This document shows positions 17,430-32,400 of a DNA stretch of 64,000 bases, in pieces. Every line of letters begins with the position of its first letter. Position 1 is the stretch's first letter. The notes under the pieces are model-generated. The model had not been told where the DNA came from. It saw only the letters and a program-made list of their open reading frames with translations, and ran no database searches. The stretch is from PVC group bacterium (GTDB lineage Bacteria; Omnitrophota; Gorgyraeia; B26-G9), in contig JAAEQR010000195.1 of NCBI GenBank assembly GCA_024231215.1, forward strand, positions 433,349-497,348. The letters are read 5' to 3'. The translations under genes and the position numbers were made by a program.

Positions 17430-20400
17430 ATGAAGAGACTAATAACGATTGGATTGATTCTGAGTATCTGGTGTTTTAGCGCAATTTTGGTGTATGCCGG
17501 AGATGGGGATTTTGCTATATACCGGGAAGCTACAGGTGGGGAAGCTTCAACCGCAACCGCTGCTGATGTTACTTGGGATACTACGGTAAGTGCTGATGCT
17601 ACTTTTTCAATTAGTGCTAACACTTCTGTGGATCTTTCTGAGGGAGGTCATTATTTTGTTATGTACAATATTGGCTGGTTGGGGTCTGGTGGAAACAGGC
17701 GTTCTGAGCAACAGATGTGGCTTAATTTAGCTGGAAGTGAAATTGTCTGGGGGCGCTCAACGGGATATATACGTCGGTCAAATGCAATGGAGGCCTGGCA
17801 ATTTGGTGCAGCGATTATTAATGCGAATGCTGGTGATGATCTAAAAATAGTTGAACAGCGTACTGATACTTATCCAACTATGGTAACAAATAGAATTGCG
17901 AATTCCAGCAGTTTAATGGTTTTAAAATTAAATGATAATTGGGATTATGCTCGGATTAGTGAAGCTGGCGGGGGGCAAGCTTTTAGTAGTACTACTGCTA
18001 CTGCTGTTACTTGGGATACCAATGATGAATTAGATACCGGCTCATTTACTCATACCGGAGATACTGATCAGATTACATTAAAAACAGCAGGACATTATCT
18101 AGTTACAGCAAATATTGAAATGCTAACTTCGGGGACATCCAGAACTGCTGGTAGTATGTATTTGTCTTTAGATGGGACTGAAATTGATGGCACAAGGACA
18201 ACAAGTTATATTAGAGGAACAGATGGTACAAATAATAACACTGCTGTTTTTTCTGGAATAATTGAGACTTCATCTGCAGACCAAGTTTTACGAGTAATGA
18301 TGTATGAGAAAACTGGATCTAATCCGACAATTGTTGCTAATAAAGCCGGTATTACTATTGTAAAATTACCAGACACTGCTGATTATGTCCGTTTAGTTAA
18401 AACTACTACTCAGGCAGTTGACGGTACCGATGACCCGATTACTTGGGATTCCCAGGTTGAGCTGGATACTGGTAGCTTTGGTAATTCTTCAAATCTAGTT
18501 ACTTTTACTCAGGATTCTGATTATCTTTTCCTGGCTACTTTTTGGGCTGATGGCACAACGAATAATAGTCGTAATTATCCTCATTGGGAGTGGCGAAAAA
18601 GCGGTACAAAAATCCAATATGGTTCGGGTGGTAAATATAGCCGTGGTACTGGCAGTGCTGAGGCCGGAAATAGTTTAGGCTTAATTGCGCATGGTATTAC
18701 TACCAGTAATAATATTGATATTGTTAACACCGATGAAACTAACAAAGATGATGCCGAAAGACTTTTTCAGGCCAATAGAATGGCTTTGCAGGCAATTAAT
18801 ATGAAAGCTTTTTTACCTCCGGTAATTACCGATGCTGCTGATGAGGTTTTTTATAATACTGAAACTTCGGTTACAATTACCGGGGACAGATTCCGGACGA
18901 CTAAGGGAACTGGAAAATTAGAACTCTGTGATTCTGCAACCTATGCTACAGCTAATAAGATCGAGCAAACTACTACAGCTTGGGGAAATACTTCGATTGA
19001 TTTCACAGTAAATCGTTCTACTTTAGCCGAAGGGACTTTGTATCTATTTATTACTAATGATGATGGTCAGATTACCGGAGGCTATTCTGTCGAAGTATAT
19101 GATTTGCCGGCTATTACAAATGTCAGCCCATCAACATTTGTGGACACTGATACGGGGATTGATATTACCGGTTCAAATTTTAATGCTGCTCAAGGATCAG
19201 GAATTGTTGAATTAGGGAATGCTGCTACATATGCAGGATCTACGACAAAAGTCAGTCAAACTGTTACTGGTTGGGCAGAAGGCTCAATTACTTTTACTGC
19301 TGTTCAAGGAGCTCTTGGTGGTGGTGATGTTTACGTTTATGTTACTGATGATTATGGACATGTTTCGAGTGGGTATCAGGTTAAGTTAGCGGCAAATCCT
19401 TTAATTACAGATATTGATGATGAAGTTTTTTATGATGGGGAAACTTCAGTTACCATAATCGGAGATGCTTTTTATGCAGCAAAAGGAACCGGTAAAGTTG
19501 AATTAGCTGACTCGGCGACTTATGCAACTGCTAACAAAGTCGAGCAAACTACTACTAGCTGGGGCAATAGTTCAATTGATTTTACAGTTAACCGCAGTAC
19601 TCTTTCTGAAGGCTCTTTATATGTTTTTGTTACTAATGATGACGCTTTGACTTCAGCCGGATATGCTGTTTATGTATATGATTTACCAAGTATATCAGGT
19701 GTTGATCCTACATCATTCATGGATAGTGATACAGGGATTGATATTAGTGGAGCTGATTTTGGCGCCTCTCAAGGTACCGGAATTTTAGAAATAGGAGATG
19801 CCGCAACTTATGCTGCATGTGTAACAAAAGTCAGTCAAACAGTTACTAGCTGGGCAGATGATACGATTACTTTTACTGCGGTGCAGGGAGCTTTAACTCC
19901 GGGTACAGTATATTTGTATGTTACGGATGATAATGGCCATGTTTCAGCTGCTCAATCAGCTACTTTAACTGTGCCGCCGCCGCCGTCTATTACTTTAGTT
20001 GACCCGGCGGGATTTACAAATAATGATCCTGGTATTGAAATCACGGGAAGTTATTTTGACGCATCTCAAGGTACGGGAAAAGTCGAATTAGGAGATGCTT
20101 CCACATATGGATCTTGTACTATTTTAGAAGAACAGACAATAACTTCCTGGGCTTCGGATACGATTACTTTTACTGCAGTAAGAGGAGCGCTTACTCCGGG
20201 CGGTGTTTATCTTTATGTTACTAATGATGATTCAGATACCTCTACCGGAACTTCAGTTAATATCGCGGCAGAACCAATTCCTGAGGGGACAAAACTGGGA
20301 GCTTATCAGGCTGCTGGAAGTGCTAGTGGTACGACTTCACGTAGTAGATATATGGCAATGACTTCTCCGGATATTGATAATATTCGAATTATTAAATTTG

Positions 20401-23400
20401 GGCATAAAAGCAATGTTGCTGGTTCAATGCGCATGGGGTTATATGTGGGTGGAGCAATTGGGAATCCGGATAATGCAACATTGGCAGCTGATTCCGGTCA
20501 AGTTACTCATGATGGGGGCGGGAGTTGGCAGGAATTTGACCTTACAACTCCTTACGATTTAGCGAAAAATACACAATACGGGGTGGCTTGGAAAACTGAC
20601 GGAGCATCTTATTATTTTGATAATACTTCATTAGGAAATTTAGAGGATTGCGATCAATACTGGGAGAATCTTACTAATGAGCCGGCTAATTCAACAAATG
20701 CTTTTCAAGGTACACTAAATGTAGCTTCTACCTATGACTATACATATTTACATTATATTGTTTATGTGCGTTATCCTACGCTTAGTTCTGTTTCCGAGAC
20801 TTATATTGATGATGGAGATCTGGCGATCCAGGTCAATGGGGTGGGTTTTGAGGATGATAATGAGTTTGGTAATAGTGCAAATAAGATTTATTTAGGTGAT
20901 GCGGCTACTTATGCGGCATGTTCGACTTTAGTTGAGCAGACATTCACAGCCTGGGCAGATGCTCAGATCACTTTTAATGTATCAAAAGGTGATTTGAGTG
21001 ATGGTACAGTTTATGTCTATGTAATAAATGATAATAGCCAGGTCAGTGATAATGGACAATCAGTTATTTTAGATGTTAATACTCCGACTAATCCGACAGC
21101 TCCGGCTTCGGGATGGGATGTTAGCGGTAAGACAAATGCTTTAACTAATAATACCTGGGGAGGTCATGCTTCGGCTTATTTTGAATGGACCGGGGCTGAT
21201 GATAGTGGAGGTAGTGGGGTTAGCGGATATTCAGTTTATTGGGGCACGGATTCCGGCGGAGAACCTGGAGTAACGCAAGATCAGGCGGGGAGCTCCTATG
21301 ATGCCGGAGCAATTTTATTCGATGGTATTTATTATTTAAGGGTAAGAACTTTTGATAATATTGGGAAATTTAGTGAGCCGATAACATTATTTACTTATAA
21401 ATATGATAAGACTGATCCAGTTAATCCAACATCTCCATCCGGGGCTTGGTATACATCTTCAAAAATAGATTCCTTAATAGATGATACTTGGCAAAATGAT
21501 GATGAAACTCCGTATTTTGAATGGTCCGGGGCAACTGATGCAACCAGCGGAGTTAGTGGATATTCAGTTTATTGGGGAACTGCAATAGATGGGGAACCTG
21601 GATTAATACAAGAACAGGTAGTTACAACTTTGGGAGAAGTTTCGGCTACTGGCGATAATACGTATTATTTAAGGATAAGAACATTTGATTTTGCGGGAAA
21701 TTATTCGGATATAGTAAACTTATTTACGTGTAAATTTGATAATACTGTTCCAGCAAATCCGACAGCTCCGGCTTTGGCTTGGGATTCCTCAGGTAAATCA
21801 ACTGGTCTTACTGATAATACTGTCCAAAACATTGATGATACTCCATATTTTGAATGGTCTGGGGCAACTGATGCAACTAGCGGAGTTAGTGGATATTCAG
21901 TTTATTGGGGCATAGCTATAGATGGCGAGCCGGAAATTACTCAGGAGCAAACTGCTATTAGTTATGATATTAGTACTCCTACCGGGGATGCTACTTATTA
22001 TTTAAGAGTGAGGACTTTTGATAATGCAACAAATTATAGTGATGCGATAACTGTCTTTACCTTTATATATGATAGCCAAAAGCCTACAGTGCTTATTGAA
22101 GTCAGTCCAGATCCAACCGGATCAATTCCTTCTGGCAGCTTAGAATTTAAATTAACTTTTTCAGAAACCATGGATATCGGAACAACTCCAACAATAACAT
22201 ATGATCCTAGCGGTGCTACCGGAGTGCAATCTGTTTCCACCGGCGGCAGTTGGTCAACTACTACTTATTCTAATGATACATATACTGTTTATAATGATAA
22301 TGCAATTACTTCTACAACTGGTGATGGAGTAGCGACAATTAGTGTTACTCAAGCCAAAGATCCAGCAGATAATACTATGGATGCAGATACTGACGATTCT
22401 TTTGATATTGATAGTGCTATGCATCATTTTAGAGTTGAGCATGATGGCTCAGGATTGATCAATGTTGCTGAACTCCTAACGATCACTGCAGTAACCCAGG
22501 GGGGGAATACTGCGATTGATTATACTGGAACAATTACTGTTAGTACTCAAGGTGAAACTGCGCAAATTAGCTGGGATGTAAATACCGGAACAAACGCTAT
22601 TAATGATGGCGGGGCGGGAAATGATTCAGCAACCTATTTATTTGATGCAGCAGATAATGGAGTAGTTGTTTTGGAGATGATCTCTACTGCTCCGGATACC
22701 TTAGATATTGAAGTAGATGATACTACTTATACCGATGATGATACCGAAGGTAATATTGTAATTTCAAGTTATGCTTTAGATCATTTTGTTATATCTCATG
22801 ATAATTCAGGAGAAGCTGGGGTTGGGGAGAATGTTACGGTTACTGCGATCAATACCGAAAGTCAAACTAAAACAGATTATGTTGGAACAATAACTTTGGA
22901 TACAACGGGAACATCCACTGCAATTGGCTGGTCATTATCATCAGGCAACGGAATATTTAATGATGGTGGTGGAGCAAGTGATACTGCAACTTATAATTTT
23001 AATATTAATGATAATGGGGTGGCGACATTTATTTTTACCGGGACAAAAGTAGAAACCTTGGATATTGATGTTGCTGATGGGGCAGAAACTGATGATGAAT
23101 CAGAGGGAACAATGGCTATAAGTCCTTCAGCGATTGATCATTTTGATATTACTCATGATAATAGTGCAGTAGCTGGGGGCGCAGAGAATGTTACGATCAC
23201 AGCAAAAGATGCTTATGAAAATATTAAAACTAATTTTACCGGGACAGTGACTTTGGATACTGATGGAGATGTTAATGCTGTTTCCTGGGCTGAGGATGCG
23301 GGTAATCAGGGGACTTTTAATGATGGTGGTTCTGGGGTTGCTTCAGCGACATATACTTTTGCCTTAGCTGATAACGGTACAGCTGATTTTACTATCACTG

Positions 23401-26400
23401 ATACAAAAACTGAAAGTATTGATATTGATGTTAGCGGATCAGGGAAATATGATAGCGACGAAGAAGGGCTTTTGCTTGTTACTCCCGGGAGTATTAATTA
23501 TTTTATTATTGTGCATGATAATAGTGCTGCGGCTGGAGTTGCCGAAGGCTTAACAGTTACTTCATATGATCAATACGATAATATTAAAACTGACTATACT
23601 GGCGAGATTACTTTAGATACTGATGGAACTGCAACTTCTATTACTTGGGCTTTAGATACTGGGAATGGAATTTTTGCTGATGGGGGTGGTTTATTAGATA
23701 CAGCAACGTATACTTATGATGCAGCTGATAGTGGTGTTGCAACTTTTACTATTACTGATACGACTCAAGAATCTTTGGATATTGATATCTCAGGCGATGC
23801 TAATGACAATGATTCTGAGGGCAATTTAATTGTTGGACTACCAGTTATTTCTTATTTTGTTGTTTTGCATGATGGAGCGGCTAATGCCGGAGTAACTGAG
23901 AATGTTACTGTAACAGCAAAAGATTCTTTAGGTGCGACAATGACATCATATGTTGGTCAGATACAGCTGGATACAAATGGAACAGCAACAACAATAGTTT
24001 GGGCTTTAGATACTGGTGATGGGACATTTAATGATGGCGGAGCAAGTGTCGATACAGCACTTTATACTTATGATGCAGCTGATAATGGAGTAGCTGTATT
24101 TTCAATAATTGATAATACGCAGGAAACAATTAATATTGCAGTAACCGGAGATGGTAAGACTGATAATAATACTGAAGGCAACTTAATTGTGGGAGTTCCT
24201 TTATTAAGTCATTTTACTATATCTCATGATGGGAATGCTGACGCCGGAGTAGATGAAAATGTTACGGTTACTGCTAAAGATACTGTTGACAGTACTAAAA
24301 CTGATTATACCGGACAAATAACCTTAGATACTAATGGTACTTCTGGAACAATAACTTGGGCTTTAGATACGGGGAATGGAACTTTTAATGATGGTGGGGC
24401 ATTAGTTGATACTGCAACATATAATTATACGGGCAGTGATAATGGGGTTGCTATTTTTACAATCAATGATACAACTGCAGAAAGTTTGGATATTGATGTT
24501 TCAAGCGGCGGTATAGTTGATGATGAGACTGAGGGGAATTTAATTGTTGCTACCGGGGCTTTAGATTACTTTTTGATTGAGCATGATAATGCTGCAGTAA
24601 TAAATATTTCTGAATTAGTTATAGTAACTCCGCGGGATAGCCAGAATAATATAATCACTGATTATACCGGACAAATAACTTTAGATACTAATACTTCCAG
24701 CCCATCCGGCATAACCTGGACATTGCTTTCTGGGAATGGTTCTTTTGTTGATGGAGGAGGTTCTGTTGATACTGCAACATATACATATGCTTTAGCTGAT
24801 TCGGGAACAGCAAGTTTTAGTATTAAGAGTTCAAGCCTTGAAACTATAAATTTAGCAGTAAGCGGGGATGGGGAGAATGATGATAATACTGAAGGAAACT
24901 TAGTTGTTGGTAATGCTGCAGAGCTAACCTGGGGTATGGTTGATGCTGTTCAGGCATATGCGACTACTACTACTAGTGGTCGTATGATCTCGGGATATTC
25001 TCCCAATATCTCTAATATGATAATAACAAAACTTGCTAGCCATCATGGATCAACCGGAAGTACCAGAATTGGATGCTGGACTGGAGGAGTTAGCGGAGAT
25101 CCTACCGGAGCAACTCTTTTAGTTCAAACCGGTAATGAAACAGTATCAAGTACAGGGTGGGCTGAACATGATGTAACAGATACTCCGTGGCCGAAAAATA
25201 CCCGGACTTGGAGCGGATATGCTTTAAGTGGAGCAGCTATTAGTTATGCTAATAATGGAGCGTATAACGAGGATTATGATGAAAGCCATGGCCGTACACA
25301 TCAACCTGCAGGATTGAGTACTAATCCGGCAACTGCACATCAGAATATTACCGGAGATGGAGCAGAAGCGGCTTTTTGGTATTATATGCATGTTATGTAT
25401 ACAATTGAGCCAGGAGTAAACGCGATAAGTAATAGTGTTATCTCTAGCAGTGTTGATGTTGGCAGCAGTGATAAAATAATTTTGGATTTATCTTTAACTA
25501 ATGATTCGGTAACAGCGGATACTATTACAGCGGTTACTATTAATAATGTAGGTACTGCATCAGATTCTGATATCTCATCAGTAAAACTCTATTATGATAG
25601 TAATAATTCCGAAGATTATTCTCCGGGAGCAGATACTCAGGTTGGTTCTGGAGTATTCTCATCCGGTACAAAAACTTTCTCCAATCTAAGTATAAATATT
25701 GATGCTAATCTGGGCACTGAGGAATTATTTGTTGTTGTAGATATTTCCAATAGTGCCACTCCAGGAAATACTATTGATGTAGCTATTCCGGCTAATGGTA
25801 TTACTTTATCTGGAACTGGAACAATAGAGGATGCAGCGCTTAATTCATCAGGAAATAGAAGTATAGTTATGTTACTGGATCATTTTACTATAAGCCATGA
25901 TACTGCTGGGTTAGCTGGTTCTGATGAAAGTATTACAATTATGGCAAAAGATTCTTATGGGAATACAAAAATTGACTATACCGGAACTATAAATATAGAT
26001 ACTACCGGAACAGCAGGCTCTATTGCTTGGGCTCTGTCCTCTGGGTCGGGAGTATTTAATGATGACGGAGCAAGTGTTGATACTTGTGATTATACTTTTA
26101 GCGGGGCGGATAATGGGGTTGTTGTTCTAAGCTTAAATGATACGATATCTGAAACCTTGAATATTTCAGTATCTGGAGACACTAAAACTGATGATAATAC
26201 TGAAGGAGATTTAGTAATTTCTCCAGCGCCAATACATCACTTTGTTATTGGTCATGATAATACGGCTGAGGCGGGGATAGGAGAAAGCATTACTGTTACG
26301 GCTAAAGATGAATTTGAAAATACCTTAGTTGATTATTCTTCTCAGATAACTTTAGATACTAATGGTTCTTTAGATAGTATTAGTTGGACTTTAAGCTCAG

Positions 26401-29400
26401 GATTTGGCAGTTTTGCGGATGGCGGAGGGAGTGTTGATACTGCTACTTATACTTTTGATGAAACCGATGACGGGGTTGCGACATTTACCATGACTGATAC
26501 AATATCTGAAACTATTAATATTTCAGTCAGTGGTGATACTAAAACCGATGATAATACCGAAGGTGATTTAGTTGTTTCTGCCGGAACAATTGATTATTTT
26601 GTTATTAGTCATGATGAGGTAGCTAATGCTGGAATTGCGGAAACAATTACCATAACTGCTAAGGATTCTTTAGGAAATACAAAAGCTGACTATATTGGAA
26701 CTATTACTATAGATACTAATGGAACTGTCAATACCATTACCTGGTCTGATCCAGGTGGGAATAATGGAGTTTTTACTGAAGGCGGAGCAAGCGTAGATAC
26801 TGCAACTTATGAATATGCAGCGGATGATAATGGAGAAGTAACTTTAAATATCACTGATACAAAAACTGAAGGCTTAGATATTTCAGTAACCGGTGACACC
26901 AAAACTGATGATGATACTGAAGGAGATTTGACGATTAATCCGGGAGTTATTGATTATTTTATTGTATCGCATGATGGTACTGCTGTTACTGGAATTTCTG
27001 AGGATCTGATTGTTACTGCATATGATGCTGAAGATAATATAAAAACTGATTATACTGGTACGATTACTTTAGATACTAATGGTACTTCTACGGCAATAAC
27101 CTGGACATTGAAAAACGGCAGTGGAACTTTGGATGATGACGGTTCAAATTATGATACTGCAGATTATACTTTTAATAGTAGTGATTTAGGGACGGCTACT
27201 TTTGGTATTATTGATTTTGCTGCAGAAACGATTAATGTTGATGTAACTGGCGATGCTAAAACGGATGATGATACTGAAGGAAACCTACAGTTTATTTCTT
27301 CGGGCATCGATCACTTCTTAATTGTTCATGATGGGGATGCGATCGCTGGTATTGCTGAAAACATAACAATATATGCAAAAGATGCTAATGAAGATACGAT
27401 CACGACTTATCAAGGGCAGATAACTATTAATACTGATGGTTCAGCAACAGGAATTGGCTGGGCATTAAACACCGGAAGCGGTTCATTTGTTGATGGAGGG
27501 GGAACTGTTGATACTGCTACTTATACATTTGATCCAACAGACAATGGCGTGGTTATTCTGGAATTAACGGATACTGTAGAAGAAACTATTGATATTTCTA
27601 TAGTGGGAGAAGGTAAAAATGATGATGATACTGAAGGAGTCTTAGAAGTTAATCCTGCGGGCATGCATCATTTTAATATAGTGCATGATGGTAATGCTCA
27701 AGCTGGAATTGCTGATTCGATAACTATTCAGGTCCATGATGCTAATCATAATACAGTAACTGATTATACTGGGGAAATCACAGTTTATACAAATGGTACA
27801 GCAACTGCGATTACTTGGGCAAAGCAAACAGGATCGGGTTCTTTTAGTGAGGGCGGACCGACGGTGGATACTGCTACATATACATTTGTATTCCAAGATA
27901 ATGGCGTTTGTGTTTTGACTCTGGCTGATACTAAGGTGGAAACATTGAATATTGGTGTTTCCGGTGGTGGAAAACTTGATGATGATACTGAAGGTGCTTT
28001 AGTAGTGGGACCCGGACTTATTGATCAATTTGTTATTACTCATGATGGCGGAGCAATAGCTGGTATTTCAGATAATGTTACTATCCGGGCAGAAGATGCA
28101 TATGCAAATTTAAAAACTGATTATACGGGAATGATTACAGTTGATACAAACGGAACAGTGGATACTATTGTTTGGGCAAAAGTAGTTGGTAATGGAACTT
28201 TCCTTGATGGCGGAGCCAGTGTAGATACTGCTACTTATACTTTTGATGCTACTGATAGTGGGCAATGTACACTTAGTGTTTCTGACACAATAGCGGAAAG
28301 TCTCAATGTATCTGTTTCTGGGGATGCTAAAGTCGATGATGATACTGAAGGTGATCTTGTTGTTACTGCGACATCATTAGACCATTTTGTGGTTAGTCAT
28401 GATAATACAGCAGAGGCGGCAGTAGCAGAAAGTATTACTATTACTGCTTATGATATCTATGAAAATGTTAAGGAAAACTATACTGGACAAATAACTGTTG
28501 ATACCAGTGGTACAGCTAATGCCATTACTTGGGGATTATCGGTGGGTAATGGAACTTTTCTTGATGGCGGAGCCAGTGTAGATACTGCTACTTATACATA
28601 TGCAGATTCTGATGATGGAGTAGTTATTTTAACTATTTCCGATACAGTTGCCCAAAGTATTGATGTTGATTGTTCCGGGGATGCTAAAACTGATGATGAT
28701 ACCGAAGGAAATTTAGTTGTCGGAGCAACAGTAATTAATTATTTTAAAGTCAATCATGATGAGTTAGCAAGTGCGGGAGTCGCAGAAAATGTAACAATAA
28801 CTGCATATGACACTTATGATAATGCTAAAACAAATTATACAGGGACAATCACAGTAGATACTGATGGTTCCGCAGATGCTATTACCTGGGCAAAAATCAC
28901 CGGAGGCGGTTCATTTGTTGATGGTGGAGGTGCTGTAGATACAGCTACATATACTTATGTGGCTGGTGATTTAGGAGTGGTTGTCTTGAGCATCACAGCT
29001 AATGCTGCGGAAAGTTTAGATATAGATATTACCGGTAGCTCTAAATCCGATGATGATACTGATAATGCTTTGGTTGTAAGTGCTTCAACTCTTGAAGATT
29101 TCCTTATAAGCCATGATGGGCAGGGGGTTGTAAATTCTGGAGAGCCGATAACTATTACTGCTCGTGATGCTTATCAAAATACAAAGTTAGATTATACAGG
29201 AGAAATTTCAGTTTCTGTTAGTGGAGAAACTGGAGAAATAACCTGGGCAGTTGCAAACGGAGCAGGTTCATTTGCCGATGGTGGTCAATATACTGATACT
29301 GCTAATTATACTTTTCATTCTAATGATGAGGGAGTAGTAATCTTAACTCTTACTGATGATGAGGCAGATACGGTTAATATTGCTGTTAGCGGTGGAGGTA

Positions 29401-32400
29401 AGGCTGATGAAAATAGTGAAGGGACTTTAAGTTTTACTTCAAGTTATATTGTTATTGATAATTTAGATTCCGGTTATACGGAAAATGCTACAGATAATGA
29501 CTGGACAACTCAAACAGCTGGAAATGAATACAGTTCAGATTGGCGACGGGATACAACTTTTAATGATGGTGACTGGGCTCGTTGGACTCCAGATATTGAC
29601 TTAAATGGTAACTATGAAGTATTTGCTTATTGGTCAAGTAATGGTGCAGCAAATGCTACGGATGCTCCATATACTATATATTATAATGGCGGCAATGATA
29701 CAGTTGATAAAAACCAGGAAGTTGCGGGAAATATGTGGAATACTTTAGGGACTTATGAATTCATTTCAGGTACTAGCGGCTATGTTCAGTTAGATGATTC
29801 AGCTAATGATGATCTAAGTGCAGATGCAATAAAATTTGAGCTTCGTGGAAGTGCTAATGCTAGTGCCAATAGTGTAACAACTGATGCGGTAGAAGCTGGA
29901 GAATCAGATATTTTGATTTTGGATTTTACAGTTACTAATAATTATACAGAAAACGATACAGTAAATTCTATTACAATGAATAATAATGGCACTGTAAGTG
30001 ACTCAGATATTATTTCTATCAAACTTTTTTATGATAGCAATAATTCATATGATTATAGTCCGGGAGTAGATAGCCAAATAGGTACAGGAACATTTTCGTC
30101 TGGCACAAAAACATTTAGCGGGTTAAATATTACTGTTCCAGGTGCTGGGACTAAGGATTTCTTTGTGGTTTTAGCAATAGATTCTGATGTTGCTCAGGAT
30201 GTAACTTTGGATGTTCAGATTCCAATAGATGGAATTACGTTGGCTAATGCTCCTGAGGTGGAGGATTCGATCATTAACTCTAGTGGAACAAGAACAGTAT
30301 CCTTGGTGCTTGATTATTTTGTAATTGCTCATGATAATGCAGCTAATGCTGGAACTTCAGAGGATATTACGGTTACTGCCAAAGACCAATATGGCAATAC
30401 AGTTACATCTTATGAAGGAACAATAACTTTAGATACCAATGGAACTGTAAATACGATCACCTGGGCTCTTGATACAGGCAATGGTTCTTTTGATGATGGC
30501 GGAGCTTTGGCGGATACTGCGACTTATACTTTTAATAATAGTGATAATGGAATAGCTGTATTTACAATTAATGATACAAAAACTGAAACAATTAATATTG
30601 CTGTTTCTGGAAGCGGAAAGAGTGATGAGAATAATGAAGGGGATTTGGTTGTATCAGCTGGAACTTTAGCTCATTTTGATGTGGATATTGACAATAGTGC
30701 TATTGTCGGTTTGGCTGACTTAGTTACAGTTACTGCTCATGATGTAAATCACAATATAATTGAAAATTATACAGGAACAATAACCCTAGATACTAATGGT
30801 ACAGAAGATACGATTACCTGGGGGCTTAATTCTGGGTTTGGAAATTTTACTGATAATGGAGTTTTAGTAGATACTGCGACTTATGAATTTGATTCTTCAG
30901 ATAATTCCACAGTTGTATTTTTAATAACTGATACTATGGCTGAAACAATTAATATTGCAGTCAGTGGAGATGGACAACAGGATTATGATGATGAAGGGAA
31001 TTTAGTTTTTCAAACAGGAAGCATTGACCATTTTCTCATTGCTCATGATGGAAGTGCCCAGGCTGGGGTAGTAGATAATATTACGATCACAGCTAAAGAT
31101 GCATATGAAAATACTTTGGTTAACTATACCGGACAAATAACAGTGGATACAGATGGTACTGCAGCGACAATCGAATGGGCAAAAGTTACCGGAAACGGCA
31201 CTTTTAATGACGGCGGGTTAAGTGTAGATACTGCTACATATACTTATAATTCTTCAGATAATGGGGTGGTTGTATTATCAATAAAAGATACAACATTAGA
31301 AAGTTTGAATATTGCTGTTTCTGGGGATGGTAAGAGTGATGATGATACTGAAGGACTGATTAGTATAGGAACTGGAGTGATTGATCATTTTGCTATAAGC
31401 CATGATGGTTTCGCGATGCAGAACCAGACTGAGGATATTACAATTAAAGCCTATGATGCTTATAATAATATAAAAACAGATTATACCGGAGAGATAACCG
31501 TAGATACTGATGGTTCGGGTGATATTACCTGGGCATTGGATACCGGTGGGGGAGTTTTTAATGACGGGGGCGGGGGAGATGATACTGCGACTTATACTTA
31601 TGTCGGGGGTGATAGTGGAGAAGTAGTTTTATCAATTACTGATTTGTCAGCGGAAATTATAAATATTTCTGTAAGCGGGGATACAAAGACAGATGATGAT
31701 AATGAAGGGGTTTTAGAAGTTGTTGCAGCTGGATTTCATCATTTCAAGATTACGCATGATGGTAATGCTGTGACTGGAGTAGCGGAACAGATTACAATTA
31801 CCGCCAAAGATGTGAGTGATGATACGGTAACAAATTATGCTGGTACAATGACCGTAGATACAAATGGAACTGCTACAGCTATAGCCTGGGGTTTAGATAC
31901 TGGTAATGGTACATTTAATGATGACGGGGCGGGAGTGGATACAGCAGATTATACGTTTAATGCATCAGATAATGGTGTAGTAATCCTGACGCTTACTGAT
32001 ACAAATCAGGAAACAATAAATATTTCTGCTTCCGGAAGCGGTAAGACGGACGATAATACAGAGGGTAGTTTAGTTATTAATCTGGCTGGTATTGATCATT
32101 TTATAATATCTCATGACGGAGCTGCATTTGCTGGTATGGCAGATGATGTTAATATTACCGCAAAAGATGCGAATAGTGCGACGGTTACTAGTTATACAGG
32201 TACGATTACTATAGACACAAGCGGGACTTCGGGAACAATCACTTGGGCACTGGTAACCGGTGATGGTTCTTTTAATGATGGAGGAGCAGCTGTAGATACG
32301 GCGGATTATACATTTGTTTCCGGAGATAATGGTGTTGTTACGCTGAGTATAAATGATACGACCGCGGAAACTCTAAATATTTCTGTGAGCGGTGATGGGA

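Noticed and set aside
17165-17623. ORFs 17165-17377 (+) and 17387-17623 (-) around the giant gene start
   Set aside because: The first spans the 50-bp repeat and the sigma-54 promoter region. The second is antisense to the signal-peptide region of the giant gene. Both are better explained as regulatory DNA or coding-strand artefacts.
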